Shown here in pieces: positions 1 to 11,923 of a DNA stretch of 64,000 nucleotides (position 1 is the first letter of the stretch; each line of letters opens with the position of its first letter). The stretch is taken from NCBI GenBank assembly GCA_021613535.1, contig CP075492.1, positions 18,724,001-18,788,000 of the forward strand, given 5' to 3'. The notes beneath the pieces were generated by a model, which did no database searches, had not been told where the DNA came from, and saw nothing but the letters and a program-made list of their open reading frames with translations. Source of the DNA: Adineta vaga. Its lineage: Eukaryota; Animalia; Rotifera. The position numbers and the translations under genes were made by a program.

Positions 1-1004
1 GTTTTTCTACAAAATATATAAATAAACTTGTCATTCACCCATCTTGTGAACCCTTTTCGCGCATGGAAACATCTCATAAAGCGTCTTCTAATCCTGATTT
101 ACTTAGATTAACATTTCATAAGCTCTTCCTAAACTTCTGAATTTTTTTTTTCGTACACAGTAACATTCAACTTGTTTTCTATATAAATGCATACCTTTGA
201 TTTTTAGCTGTAACTTGATTGGATTCAGATACGGTCTAAAAATTTTAATTATATCGATGATAATGACAAGAGTTTTTTATTTATTTACTTCGGACGACAA
301 TTGTTGTGCTGATTTTGAACTGGATCGACCAGAAGCGATTACTAATGGACCATCTACCGACAATGGTTTATGATCATCGTTCGCTGTTGTTCTTGGATAA
401 ACTGTACTCTTTGATGAATTCATCTAGTGCAAATCTCAATACTTGAAAGTATATTGTTTTTTTTTCTGAAAAAATATGCCTTGTTTTTCATAAAATATAT
501 AAATGAACTTATCATTAACCTTCATGTAAACCTTTTTCACACATCGAAATATCTCATAAAGCATCTCCTAAGCTCGCTTCATTCATGGAAACATCATATG
601 AACTATCTTGCACTTATTTCACTTACGCCGAATTCTCATGAATTACGTGATAAAACCTGTTTTATCATCTAGAATAACTACCGAAAGTAATTATGGACGA
701 GTTTTTCTGGTGATGTCTGGTAACTGCAGTAGTGCAGTGTGCCCAGTAGCACCAAACAGAGGAATACAGTATTTTCAGTATTATTGTTCTATCAAAAAAT
801 AGTTAGTATATGCAACATGTAGCTGAAGTATATGAAATTTAACGAGAATAGGTAGTCCTTTCTCAATATATTCTCAAATTTTTACAGTGTGTAAAAGCAG
901 TACCCAAGGGTATAGATATCACTGAATCTTTTAAATCGAAAAAGATTTTATATAACATTTGAAATGCGTAAAAGTGTAAGTCGAGTTGTTTTTATATAAA
1001 GGAC

Positions 1005-1065
1005 AAGTAACATTCGTCCTTGCGACTCATTTGACCCTCGGCTGTGTAAGGCGCGGATATTTTTT
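1005..1065 (+). repeat. ~60 bp direct repeat, copy 1 (copy 2 at ~1720-1780)
   Basis: aagtaacattcgtccttgcgactcatttgaccctcggctgtgtaaggcg vs aagtaacgttcgtccttgcggctcatttgaccctcggctgtttaaggcg. Confidence 0.85.
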
Positions 1066-1316
1066 CTCTGCGGACCACACCCACACCCACAAGTTACACT
1101 CGTTCCAGCCCCACTCCTGCCTACACTGAAAAACGTTTGGCACCTGATGTACTAAACTTTTTTAAGTTTAGTAAGCTCTAAGAGGTTCGGCGATTATCAA
1201 GAAAAATCATCGTAAGATTTCCTAAATGATATCCGAAACCTTGACAGTTCTGTAGCATGCTCACGGAGCCATCATTGGTTTCGTAATTAAACAAAAGGTT
1301 TAGTCGATTGTCTACT

Positions 1317-1384
1317 ATCTTGAGAGTGGATGCGGGTGAGTGTGGGTTAGAAGTAATTCCCCACACCGACACCTACACCCTCAG
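1317..1384. repeat. Telomere-like palindromic junction element J1
   Basis: atcttgagagtgg...tgtgggt-tagaagtaattc-cccacacc...acaccctcag. Confidence 0.85.
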
Positions 1385-1833
1385 CACTTTAAGAACCTTT
1401 TTTTACTGAAACTTACCTTGAAAATAAAGATTTCACTTTTAAGATGAATATTGCTTTAGAATGACGCTGATATTTCGATTGTTTCTTAATCTTTTTTCTT
1501 TTCTATTTCTTATCAATGTCAAGCAACCTTGGCTCACAATGAAAAACTCTATATACGACCATAGTATATAGACGCGTATGATGGTTGTATATCTTAATAA
1601 CTATATACAAGGACAAGCCGTGTATATCTGAAGTCTGTTACTTTCTTTTTTTTCCTCATATAAAGGATAAAGATGAAGATAATCTTTACATTCACAAGAT
1701 AAATATAAGAAAATGAAACAAGTAACGTTCGTCCTTGCGGCTCATTTGACCCTCGGCTGTTTAAGGCGAGGATACTTTTTGTCTGCACAATCTCTCGAAA
1801 TTTTGAAAAGATGATCAAGGACATGATGCGCAC

Positions 1834-1923
1834 GAGAGTAGTGATGGGTGTGGCTACGGGTGTGGGTTTGAAGTAATTCCCCACATCGACACCCACACTC
1901 ACACCCACCCATACCCTCAAGAT
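1834..1923. repeat. Junction element J2 (same spacer as J1)
   Basis: gggtgtgg...tgtgggt-ttgaagtaattc-cccaca...cccataccctcaagat. Confidence 0.9.
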
Positions 1924-2340
1924 TTATCTAATAATAAAATTTTCGAAAGAAATAATACATCAGACAGAATACAAATTACATTCTTGCTCTTATTTTACTT
2001 CGAAATACTTTAGAAATTGTCGAACACAAAAAAGTACCTAAAGTGTCTTTCAGAATTTCTGAAGTACTTTTGGAGTACGTCGTTCTTGCATCCAACAAAA
2101 GAAATGTCTTTGAAATTTTGACAGATTATATTACATACTCAGTGCCAGGTCTATAGGTTTTTCCATAGTTAATAACAAGTAGCAAAACTAAAATGCACTA
2201 TTTTTCAAATTTTTCGATTCCATTTCGGTGTATTTAATATTTCATTGGTGTATCGACTTACAAGAGAATATCATGAGTCACTAAATATATAATTGTTGTA
2301 ATAAACCAACATATTTTTGCCTGTATAAACCGAACGATAA

Positions 2341-4077
2341 ATGCACGTTAATTCACAAATGTCGCAAACGAAATTCGAATTCTCGCCAAATGAAATCTTA
2401 CTTGAATGTTTTCAATATCTCAATATTATTCATATTTTTGAATCATTTGATCAGTTAAACCATCGTTTAAATTCTCTTATTCGAACTATTCCATTTAGTT
2501 TAAATTTTCAAAATATTCCAAACAAATTTCAATGTGATCAATTCTGTATGAAATTATCAACTGATAAAACAATCAAAAATCAACTCTATTCATTACATTT
2601 ATCAAATAAAAATACAAGTTATCCGGCACATTTATTTCTTTTAAAATTTTCACTATCAGAATTTTCACATCTACGTTCAATAACTTTAGATAGATTCACG
2701 GAAAACAATTGGAAATTGATTGCCCCAACTTTATTATTATCTGAATTGACTTCTTTTCAAATAATCGATTGTTTTGAACTATCAGACTACATAATGCCTT
2801 ACTTACCAATATCACAATTACATACATTAATGATTCCATTACTACCATTTCCAGAATCAATTTCAGATAATCAATTTTCATCCATTATTCATCTATCAAT
2901 TTATAATTGTAATTTAGATGATTTATTTATTGTATTGAATAATGCATCGAAACTAAATTACTTAAAAATTGTAAATATTTATTACCTTTACATAAATCAA
3001 AGAACAAATCATGGCAGATGCATTAAGAGTCCTCTGAATAATCTAAAAACATTCTATATTGATGACTATTATGGTGCATTGCCTTGTCTTTTCACATTTT
3101 TAGAACAAACACCAAATTTGAAGAATTTAATAATTACACGTTATAATGATCCTATCATCATAAATGCTTCTAAATGGCAAAACCTCATAACTTCTTCATT
3201 ACCTCATTTAAAAAATTTCAAATTCACATTTCATATCTATAATTTTCCACGAGCCAATATTAATGAACAAAGTTTAAAAGAATTTCAAAATGATTTTTGG
3301 CGCAAAGAACATCATTGGCACATAGAATATGCAATATCAACATCTTCAGCATTGATTTATACTGTACCATATCCATTTGATGAATTTAAACTTTTATCTC
3401 CTGATAAACGATATTATAATGGATTAATTAATCATATAAACATATTTGATAATGTCAAAGATTTAACACTTCATCCTCGTGCATTAACGGAAAAAAGTCA
3501 ATATTATTTTTCTAATATTGATTCGTTATCACTTGGATATCCACATCTGTTACATGATGAAGACGTTGGAATGGATCAATCGCATATGCCATATCTTCAA
3601 ACAATGGTTGATTTGTCAAATATCAAATATTTGCGTCTGTTTAGTACCTTACGATTTGAAACAAACGATGTATTGAAAGAAATCTTGAAACTAGCAACAA
3701 AAATCACTTCGTTAGAAGGTACATTAGCTGATTTAATACGTTGGTTTAACGATGATGAATTATGCAAATATTTCAATCAATCGATTCAGAAATTGAATAT
3801 ATTATATGATTCATTTGAAAATTCAGATCAATTAGAACAATTCTGTAAAATATTCGAGAATCTTTGTCATCTTCAATTTTCTTCAAATGAATCAGATACG
3901 TTATTTTTAATCAAACATCTACCGAAATTAACATACATAGAAATACATCGATGTTCAGAGAATTATGCAGTATCTTGGCTTAAACAGAAAGTGGAAAAAC
4001 TTCATTTAAATATAACTGTTGATTTCTATGATGATGCTTTCCCTCACCGTTTATTTATTTGGATCAATCGAAATTAA
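2341..4077 (+). CDS. F-box-like / leucine-rich repeat protein (578 aa)
   Basis: N-terminal FEFSPNEILLECFQYL F-box-like motif, LRR-like repeats, FW...HW...YTVPY motif; intact ORF. Confidence 0.75.
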   Translation: MHVNSQMSQTKFEFSPNEILLECFQYLNIIHIFESFDQLNHRLNSLIRTIPFSLNFQNIPNKFQCDQFCMKLSTDKTIKNQLYSLHLSNKNTSYPAHLFLLKFSLSEFSHLRSITLDRFTENNWKLIAPTLLLSELTSFQIIDCFELSDYIMPYLPISQLHTLMIPLLPFPESISDNQFSSIIHLSIYNCNLDDLFIVLNNASKLNYLKIVNIYYLYINQRTNHGRCIKSPLNNLKTFYIDDYYGALPCLFTFLEQTPNLKNLIITRYNDPIIINASKWQNLITSSLPHLKNFKFTFHIYNFPRANINEQSLKEFQNDFWRKEHHWHIEYAISTSSALIYTVPYPFDEFKLLSPDKRYYNGLINHINIFDNVKDLTLHPRALTEKSQYYFSNIDSLSLGYPHLLHDEDVGMDQSHMPYLQTMVDLSNIKYLRLFSTLRFETNDVLKEILKLATKITSLEGTLADLIRWFNDDELCKYFNQSIQKLNILYDSFENSDQLEQFCKIFENLCHLQFSSNESDTLFLIKHLPKLTYIEIHRCSENYAVSWLKQKVEKLHLNITVDFYDDAFPHRLFIWINRN

Positions 4078-4137
4078 ATAGAAATTTCGCACAACTTGTC
4101 GAGATTTAGAGAAAATTTTCTGTGTGTCATCATTTTA

Positions 4138-4203
4138 CTTGAGGGTGTAGGTCTCTTGTATTCACAATCTACCACACACCTCACCTACCTACACCCTCAA
4201 GAT
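4138..4203. repeat. Junction element J3
   Basis: perfect 15-bp inverted arms cttgagggtgtaggt / acctacaccctcaag, followed by at. Confidence 0.95.
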
Positions 4204-4424
4204 GGCGCCATCTATGAAATATTTACATAGTTTATGTAGATTTGGGATCATTTTTATTTTGTCTAAAGATCTACGATGTTTTCGGCATCATTTTCTGTTT
4301 GTCTGAATTTTATGAGTCAAGTTTTAAAATAATTAACTGAGATACATAACCAATCTGATAGTTATTCGATACTGTTATAGTTTTCGGTTCGAGATCTCGT
4401 CAGTTTTACTAGTTCTTATCTGGT

Positions 4425-6920
4425 ATGGAGAAAGATAAAAACATTCGCCATATTGATACAAAGGTCGTATCATCATTAAATCTCAAAATATCTGATAATT
4501 TCGATGAATATATTATAATAATCGTTGGTTTAAATCACGACGAAATTTTATATGATGGTCTTACAAACATGGTTAAAGCTGATCGTATAGAATCATTCGA
4601 TGACGTTGAAAAAAGTCTTCCATTTATTCAATCTAAATCAAGTATAGATATTTTCTTGATTATTTCAGGCACATTAGGTAAACAGTATATTAATCGAATT
4701 ATTCGTGAAACACAAATTATTGCTGCTTATATCTATTGTATGGATGAAAATCAACATGAAAAATGGACAAAAGAAATTCAAAAGGTTCGATATACAACAT
4801 CCGATCCAACAAAATTAATTTATCAACTTCATCAAGATATCAAAAATTTTTCCAACCGATGGCCTTTTGAAGAAAAGTCATTTGAAAAAGCTTCGATATT
4901 CTCATCTCAATGGTATCATTTATTTCTATATGTGATTTGTAATCGATCTGAATCAATAACATTATCTTATTACAATATGCTTCAGGAATGTCGTAAATAT
5001 TATGAAAATAATTCATCGATGATTGCAAAGATCGATCGATTCGCACAACAATATAAACCATCGAAAGCAATTCAAGAATATACACGAAATAGCTTTGTTT
5101 ATCGTATTGTTAATCATGCTCTTCGTACACAAAATATGAGACTTATCAGAATATTTAGTCCGTTCATTCGAGATTTACATTATGAAATATCGAAATATCA
5201 ATTGAAATATTATCAGAATATAAAAAACGAAGAATTAATTCGTAGTGTTTATCGAGGACAATATCTAAGTATTGAACAATTGAATCATCTTCGTTCAGTA
5301 TGGAAATCCAATAATCCTATTGTCACATTAACCACATTTGGTTCCACTTCACTTGATCCTGATGTTGCAATCAATTTTGCATCTGAGTCTGATGGTTTGA
5401 TATCTTGCTTATTTGAAATTATCATAAGTGATAATTATAACTATATGGAACATGTCTTTCTTCGTCATGAACAGGTGTTTGCAAATATTTCTTCGTTGTC
5501 AGACATGCCAGAAGAACGAGAAGTTCTCTTTTCTCTTGTTACACATTTTCATATAATAAGTATCGAACATCAGCATAATCATTTGAGCAATTCTTGGGTT
5601 TTAATTACATTGAAACTGGTCGTGGAAGAATATATTCCAAGTTCTTTTAGTGCTTATGATATTATTGAAGAATTGGAAAAATTAAAAGATGTACACATTT
5701 ATCATGATATTTTGGATATGTTAGAAAAAACCATAAATGAGAAGACAAAATTCGATAATACGAACTGGAAAATATGGTGGAATAATCTGAAGGATCAATG
5801 GCATCAAGGTCTTAGATATAAAACACCATTAAATGGGATATTTTACGGCTGTTTTACTAACTCGATATCTTGGTCAAAAGAAGCCATTGAAATGCACAAA
5901 CGTCTCCTACACACAATTCCTGCAATTCAAAATAACCAATCTTCGTTTGATGATTTATATACATTTTCTAACTCCGAGAAGGCAATACCAACAAGATGGA
6001 TAGCTTTATTTGAAGAATTTTTAGAAAATATTTGCAAACCAGATACTAAAAAAGGCCTCATTATTTTCAAAACCGCTGCAGATATGTATTCAAAAATTGG
6101 AGACATAGATAATGCATTAAAATGTTGTAGAACAGTATTAAACTTCGATCCAAATAATCGTGAAATACAAAGAAAACTGAAAAACTTCGAAAAAACTCAA
6201 AAACCTTATCAATCAGGAAATAACGAACACAGAGAAATATCAAATAATGATTGCGAAGAAGTTTCAGAAGTGTATAAAATGCAGAAAGTATTAGAATCAT
6301 TGTATCAAATTTACAAAGAAAAATCTAATGACATTTCTTCTATAGAACCATATATTGGACAAATCGTTCGTTTGGTTAAAAGCATGCAGAAATGGTATGA
6401 TGCAACTGATTGTAAAATTATTCTTCATTTACGGTTCGAGAAAGAAGAAGATCTATCGGTGAATGACTATCGATTTAATTTTCTTTCAGCTGTAAGAAGA
6501 CATATTTCAACAATAACTTATGATGGAAGTGGCAATCGTTTGCTTTCATTATATCGTTATGAAAAATATATGCATGAATGGATATTACTTGGACAATTAA
6601 AATATTATTTACTACCATTTCACAATAAATTTACAAGTATGACTACTATGTTTCTTCCTCAAATCAATCGATTGATGAAAAAACTCGCTGTATTAATTAG
6701 TATATGTACGATTTATATATGCATTGAGTCAGGCAATAATGAAGTTAACGTGAACAATATTCGCTTTATCGATATGAGTAAAATACAAACGAAACAATAT
6801 ATTTTATTCGATGATCTGAGAGCACTATCAAGAAATAATTTTATTCCTAATGAAACATATTACGATATACCAAATGACAAAAGATTCATTGCAAAAGACT
6901 TTTTTGATTTTTTCACTTAA
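4425..6920 (+). CDS. R-S-E type ADP-ribosyltransferase domain protein with TPR-like segment (831 aa)
   Basis: YTRNSFVYRIVNHALR, VYRGQ, TFGSTS, EEREVLF motifs. Confidence 0.8.
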   Translation: MEKDKNIRHIDTKVVSSLNLKISDNFDEYIIIIVGLNHDEILYDGLTNMVKADRIESFDDVEKSLPFIQSKSSIDIFLIISGTLGKQYINRIIRETQIIAAYIYCMDENQHEKWTKEIQKVRYTTSDPTKLIYQLHQDIKNFSNRWPFEEKSFEKASIFSSQWYHLFLYVICNRSESITLSYYNMLQECRKYYENNSSMIAKIDRFAQQYKPSKAIQEYTRNSFVYRIVNHALRTQNMRLIRIFSPFIRDLHYEISKYQLKYYQNIKNEELIRSVYRGQYLSIEQLNHLRSVWKSNNPIVTLTTFGSTSLDPDVAINFASESDGLISCLFEIIISDNYNYMEHVFLRHEQVFANISSLSDMPEEREVLFSLVTHFHIISIEHQHNHLSNSWVLITLKLVVEEYIPSSFSAYDIIEELEKLKDVHIYHDILDMLEKTINEKTKFDNTNWKIWWNNLKDQWHQGLRYKTPLNGIFYGCFTNSISWSKEAIEMHKRLLHTIPAIQNNQSSFDDLYTFSNSEKAIPTRWIALFEEFLENICKPDTKKGLIIFKTAADMYSKIGDIDNALKCCRTVLNFDPNNREIQRKLKNFEKTQKPYQSGNNEHREISNNDCEEVSEVYKMQKVLESLYQIYKEKSNDISSIEPYIGQIVRLVKSMQKWYDATDCKIILHLRFEKEEDLSVNDYRFNFLSAVRRHISTITYDGSGNRLLSLYRYEKYMHEWILLGQLKYYLLPFHNKFTSMTTMFLPQINRLMKKLAVLISICTIYICIESGNNEVNVNNIRFIDMSKIQTKQYILFDDLRALSRNNFIPNETYYDIPNDKRFIAKDFFDFFT

Positions 6921-6985
6921 AAATTCTACAATTTAATATTTGATTTATCCAGAGTGACTCGCTCAATCCTCGACTGAATTAATGA

Positions 6986-7053
6986 ATCTTGAGGGTGGGT
7001 GGAGATGTTCAGTCTTCATCCACATCCACACCCACACCCACCTTTATTCTCAA
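6986..7053. repeat. Junction element J4
   Basis: atcttgagggtgggtgg-agatgttcagtcttcat-ccacatccacacccacacccacc...ctcaa. Confidence 0.9.
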
Positions 7054-7363
7054 AATATTACAAGTAAACTTTTCTCTAACTCAAGTAAGTTTTGCAAAAG
7101 AATTCGTTCTCATCGAAAAATATCAAGAAAAACAGTATCTTCATAGGAAGTTGTACTACTTAAAACATTTAATTTCACATTGATTTTCCCGATAAATATT
7201 TTAAAGTTATCAAATATATATAAATTCAAAAGGCACATTCATATCCTCAAACATTTGAAGAATCTTTTATTGAAAAGTAAAATAATATTATTACAAATTA
7301 CAAATTACAAAATAAGAAGAAATAGATCGATTACGGTCAAATGTCTATCTTTCAGATCTGTTC

Positions 7364-7830
7364 TTAGAATATTTTTTTACATATAAAAGCAATCAATGCT
7401 ACTAATATACAACATCCGCAAATACTTCCAATAATGACACCAATCAGTCCACCGAGTGTCAAAGCTCCCCATCGACGAATACTAGGTCTACAACTTCGAG
7501 TAGAATCAACACATGAATCAGTCCCTAGTATAGAAAAACAAAATTATTGTTTACTATTCTTTATTTTTTCAACTGCACTTACACGCACAACACCATGGAG
7601 CAAAAGCTGTGCCACAACATCGACCTTAATTAATAAATAAAGAATGAAAACTAGTTTTGAAAAATAACACGAATTTTTCGTTTTTACATACCATTTTTTC
7701 CATTATATGCTGTACTACAACTTCCTTGTTGATTGCAACAACTTATACATTGAGGAGTTTGTGCCAATGTTAGACTGAAAATCGCAATTAATACGAATAG
7801 TATACAAAAAACATAGGTTAAAGAGGACAT
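7364..7830 (-). CDS. 3-exon small Cys-rich single-pass membrane protein (not in ORF track)
   Basis: Manual splice: MSSLTYVFCILFVLIAIFSLTLAQTPQCISCCNQQGSCSTAYNGKN/GRCCGTAFAPWCCA/WTDSCVDSTRSCRPSIRRWGALTLGGLIGVIIGSICGCCILVALIAFICKKIF*; two phase-consistent GT-AG introns. Confidence 0.75.
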
Positions 7831-8057
7831 TTTATGAAGAATCTTTCGTAACAACCGTTAGAAAGAAAAACGAAACGAAGTATATTTCAGATTTGATCAA
7901 ATCTTTTATATACGTTTTATTATGAAGAGAACGCAAAAGAAAAAAAGAATGATTTATATGATTTCACTAATATCAGTTATTTTTTATTTCTCTTTTTATC
8001 AGTAAATCCAATATTTACCATTCAACTATTTTAGGAAGTAAATCTTAACTATTCAAA

Positions 8058-8100
8058 ATCTCGAGGATAAGAGAAGACAAAAAATCCACACCCTCAAAAT
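8058..8100. repeat. Junction element J5 (degenerate left arm)
   Basis: atctcgagga...ccacaccctcaaaat. Confidence 0.65.
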
Positions 8101-8531
8101 GCAAATGATCGTTGGAGAAATTTTATGAAAAGGACATTATAGGAGATGATTTTGCAGTGTATTGCGTGGATCTATCCATGTACATTTGATGTTGGATTCA
8201 GGACAGGAAATTGTTGTTCGTGTTGATTAATATCACCACGTTATATATTTTTTTGACCACATCGTTTGCAGCGCATGCATAGTCGATCTAACTCATTAAG
8301 TACGATACGTGTCGAGAATTGGTAAATTTCTAATGTGGATACTACACTACGACAACTTGAACACGTTCACTGATTATTGATCCATGACTCGATACATTGT
8401 TTACAAAATGTATGACCATTTCTCGCACTCGTTGGTATTTCAAATGGTTGCGTAGAAATTGAACATTTTAATTCGCCATCAATATACTCATACACATCAG
8501 ATGATTTAGATAATGTGTATTGAGCAGTCAT
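8100..8531 (-). pseudogene. RING-finger / TRAF-like pseudogene, 3' end abutting J5
   Basis: MTAQY...ELKCSISTQPF...GHTFCKQCIESWINNQ*TCSSCR...LDRLCMRCKRCGQKNI*RG; in-frame stops. Confidence 0.7.
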
Positions 8532-8619
8532 TAATGTACGAAAGACCTGTATTGATTTCTAGAGTAAGAATAGAGTTTTATTATGTAATAATCAGAATAT
8601 AGAATCTTGTGCAATGAGA

Positions 8620-9262
8620 AAAAAACATCTCGAGAGTAGATAAACTTTAAAATCATATATGTGGATATTTACACTAACATAAAAACAAGTACTGTTGATT
8701 TTCATACTCTTCTCATAAATATAGGAGAAAAATTTATTCTTCCACTGCAAACAAATGCTGAAATGAAAAATGAATAATGCAAACCAAAGATAAGATAAAT
8801 AGGTAGGTTTTTTCTCTTGTGCTATAAAAATCGATATAGTAAAAAAGTTAAGAACCTACACTATATCACTGATGAGTTTCCAGATAATTGTGAGTATTCA
8901 CTACTGCACCAGACAACGACAAAAAGAATAAATAAAAAATTGAAGTCGTAAAATAATAAACTATGTCATTAGCACCGCCGATATCTATAACTAATCTTAA
9001 TAATCAATTCAGTCAAATAGCATCTAAATGAGATTGAATATTACAACATTCTTTTCATTCATTATTGTGGTCACAAAATATTGTTTCTAACCAGCAACAG
9101 AAAATTCCACCATTAACTTTCATTACAGAATAAAATGCCGATATTTTCACTATTTACATGACGTAAAGTATTCTTGTATTCTTTCCAATTTTTAATGCAT
9201 TTGACAATGTAAAGAAATTCTTTCTTGAGGACGGGTGTGACTGTATCCCTTCTTCTTTCACA
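8620..9262 (+). repeat. ~600 bp segmental duplication, copy 1 (copy 2 at ~22598-23268)
   Basis: Colinear similarity from aaaaacatct...gagagtagataaactttaaaatc to gacaatgtaaagaaattctttcttg and the spacer tgtatcccttcttctttca. Confidence 0.9.
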
Positions 9263-9282
9263 CCCACCCACGCCCTCAAGAT
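9224..9282. repeat. Junction element J6
   Basis: cttgaggacgggtgtga-ctgtatcccttcttctt-tcacacccacccacgccctcaagat. Confidence 0.9.
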
Positions 9283-9465
9283 AAGTTTAAAACTATCGAG
9301 AATTGAAGAAAGCCTTCGCACAATATAAACTTAAAGCATGTTTTTCGAAATAAAAGTCACTCGCTTCTGTCACTTGCAATATTTATTCTTAAATAGCCTC
9401 ATCGAGAGCAATAATAATATCGTGAACATAAGTTTATATACGATAATATTTTGTTTTTCAGAGGT

Positions 9466-11481
9466 CTAGTCACGTTTTCTTTTTCTTCTAGTTTCATGAA
9501 GAGAAGCAGATGAAAAATCGTTTGTGTCGTTATTTACATTGGCAACGATTAGACTATTTGCACCCAGAATCGTATCAGCTTTTTCCAATAGTTCTTTCGT
9601 TTGTTGCAGTTCTTTTCTTTTTGCTCGTACAGAAGCATCAGTAGTAAGATATAAATCAATAAGATAATCTTGTTCAATAGGAATACGTCTTAATTGATCT
9701 CGCATACCAGAACATACACTAAAGACACATTCAGCACGTACAGATAATGCTATATAATCTATGAATCGTTTTGTTAGAACTTTCCAATATAAATAAATAC
9801 TAAATAACATTTCTTGTACGGACGATTCTTCATTTAAAGCGGATTTCAATAATAATTCGTCATCATTATCATCAATATGTGTTTTGTCAGAAGACAAAGA
9901 ACCAAAACTGAACACTGAACCGGTCGATTTTTTACTTGTTAAAGGATTTTTTAATTTAGCCATTGTCTCCGTATAATAATTATTCATCGTATATGGATCA
10001 AACTTTTCCAATCGAATTAAATCTTGCACTTGTTTAAGAACAGCATTCTTCTGTTGATTCAAATGTAAATCAACAGCTTTATGAAAAATTGGTGTTAATT
10101 TCATTAATAATAAATTATCCTGGATTGTATCATTTTCAGTACTTAATAACACTTTGGATACTTCATGAAAACATTGTTCAATAAGATTGTTAGCCATTTC
10201 AGATAATTGATCAAGTCTTTCTCCTATCAAATATTTTAAGACAGGATTTGAAAGGAAATTTGGTAATTGTTCACCCTCACATCCTGACATCGCATTTCGT
10301 ACTTTTTCTCGATATTCTTTTTTAAATAATTCTTCAGTATATTTACGAATATCTTGTTGAAATTGTACTAATTTACGATGTAAGATATTAATCATACTTG
10401 TATGTTGACCATAATTGCGATCTTCAAGACGTGCTTTCAAAATATGTTCAATATAGTAATCAGTAAGTTCATGATATTTAGCTAAACGTGCTGATTTTGT
10501 CTCCAATTCTTGTGGTAATTTAGATAATTGTGCCCGAATATCTTTTGATTTCTGTTGAATATCACTTCTCATTTTAGGAAACGTTGCTTTCACGCGGTCG
10601 CAATATAAATCAGCTAAACAATTGATTAATGCATCAATTCCGAGACAATTCCACCCAATAGTAGTCAATGCAGGATGTTTTTGAAAAAAATCCTTCTCAC
10701 GCTGACGTGCTTCGTTTAATGAGAGATGTTCTGTTGCTTCGCGGTTACGAACAGCTATAAAACCTAATTTTAATTGTTGAATATTGTTTCTACTCATTGA
10801 TAGTTCTTGAACCAAATCGTTTGGATTAGGTGCTAGATCAGATTTTGTAATAACACCTATAGTCCGAGTACCTAATTTATCATATTCTCGTGCGAGTGCG
10901 AACGATTCCACCGTTCCAATGTCAACATTAGCAGGAAAGACGCATAAAATAACACTACTTTCTTGACGAATATATTTTCGAATTAAATCAGTAGTTTGTT
11001 TATAAATATTTTTTGGTTGATCTGCAATAGGATTTCGTGCGATGCCAGGTAGATCTACAATGGTTAAATCCCGTATGTTAGGACCTTCAACTTGTAATTC
11101 AATCAGTTTATCAACTATTTTTTTATTATTCCCAGCTAACTTTCTAGTTTGACTTTCAATATAATTCCGAATATCCACTCTCGTTGTATCCAAGACCACT
11201 TTCTTTTCTCCATTTTGTATGTGATAAACTAGTCTAGTATCAGATTTACGTAATCTTAGCACAAGTGGACATCGAGTTACAATACCAGAACCTTTTGGAA
11301 GTTCGACCTCTGATAATGCTTCTAATAATGTTGATTTACCACTTGATTGATCACCCACAACGACAACGGTTGGAAAATCAATACCATGATTATCTGATGA
11401 TATTAATAATGATCGAACTTCATCAATTTTATCCATAAGAGAACCAACTTTTTCATCGTACACATGTGTAAAATGAGCCAT
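9466..11481 (-). CDS. Mx-like dynamin-family GTPase (671 aa)
   Basis: VVVGDQSSGKS (G1), GIVTRCPL, DLPG (G3), TKSD (G4), C-terminal GED-like helix; intronless. Confidence 0.9.
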   Translation of the reverse strand: MAHFTHVYDEKVGSLMDKIDEVRSLLISSDNHGIDFPTVVVVGDQSSGKSTLLEALSEVELPKGSGIVTRCPLVLRLRKSDTRLVYHIQNGEKKVVLDTTRVDIRNYIESQTRKLAGNNKKIVDKLIELQVEGPNIRDLTIVDLPGIARNPIADQPKNIYKQTTDLIRKYIRQESSVILCVFPANVDIGTVESFALAREYDKLGTRTIGVITKSDLAPNPNDLVQELSMSRNNIQQLKLGFIAVRNREATEHLSLNEARQREKDFFQKHPALTTIGWNCLGIDALINCLADLYCDRVKATFPKMRSDIQQKSKDIRAQLSKLPQELETKSARLAKYHELTDYYIEHILKARLEDRNYGQHTSMINILHRKLVQFQQDIRKYTEELFKKEYREKVRNAMSGCEGEQLPNFLSNPVLKYLIGERLDQLSEMANNLIEQCFHEVSKVLLSTENDTIQDNLLLMKLTPIFHKAVDLHLNQQKNAVLKQVQDLIRLEKFDPYTMNNYYTETMAKLKNPLTSKKSTGSVFSFGSLSSDKTHIDDNDDELLLKSALNEESSVQEMLFSIYLYWKVLTKRFIDYIALSVRAECVFSVCSGMRDQLRRIPIEQDYLIDLYLTTDASVRAKRKELQQTKELLEKADTILGANSLIVANVNNDTNDFSSASLHETRRKRKRD

Positions 11482-11650
11482 ACGTTGTTAATCGTCAATA
11501 TATTATCTTAAATAATCAAAATGTGAATTAATTAATTAAGCTAATTTATATTTAACTTCAGAATAAATAACAATCAGTATACTTTCCATCTAAAAAGGAC
11601 ACACGTATGAAAAATACGTCTACAGTGTATTATTGAATATTTAATTTTAA

Positions 11651-11923
11651 CTCTTTCAATCCCGACAGTTTCTGGCGTTCTGCAAAAACACAAAAAAAAA
11701 ATTAAAAAATCGCTCACTCTTACGTTTAATCAGCTGTATTTAAAATCTAGTGTGATTATTATGACATTAGAAAAGAAAAAGAAGTTGCTGTTATAAAAAG
11801 AACCATGTGTGATAATTCGATTGAACATCACATGACATTCGTTTTCTAAGACGACGAAAGAACGAAATAAAATCTTTTGCATTCTGTATGGCATCTACGA
11901 GATGCCATGCGGGATTGAAAGGA
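11651..11923. mobile_element. piggyBac-type MITE (degenerate)
   Basis: ttaa|ctctttcaatcccg ... cgggattgaaagga|ttaa. Confidence 0.7.

Noticed and set aside
1594-1920. Short ORFs with VWVGVGV / HPHPHP / TPTPT peptides (also 6989, 23233, 24744, 46679, 62125)
   Set aside because: These are translations of the junction repeats, not genes.
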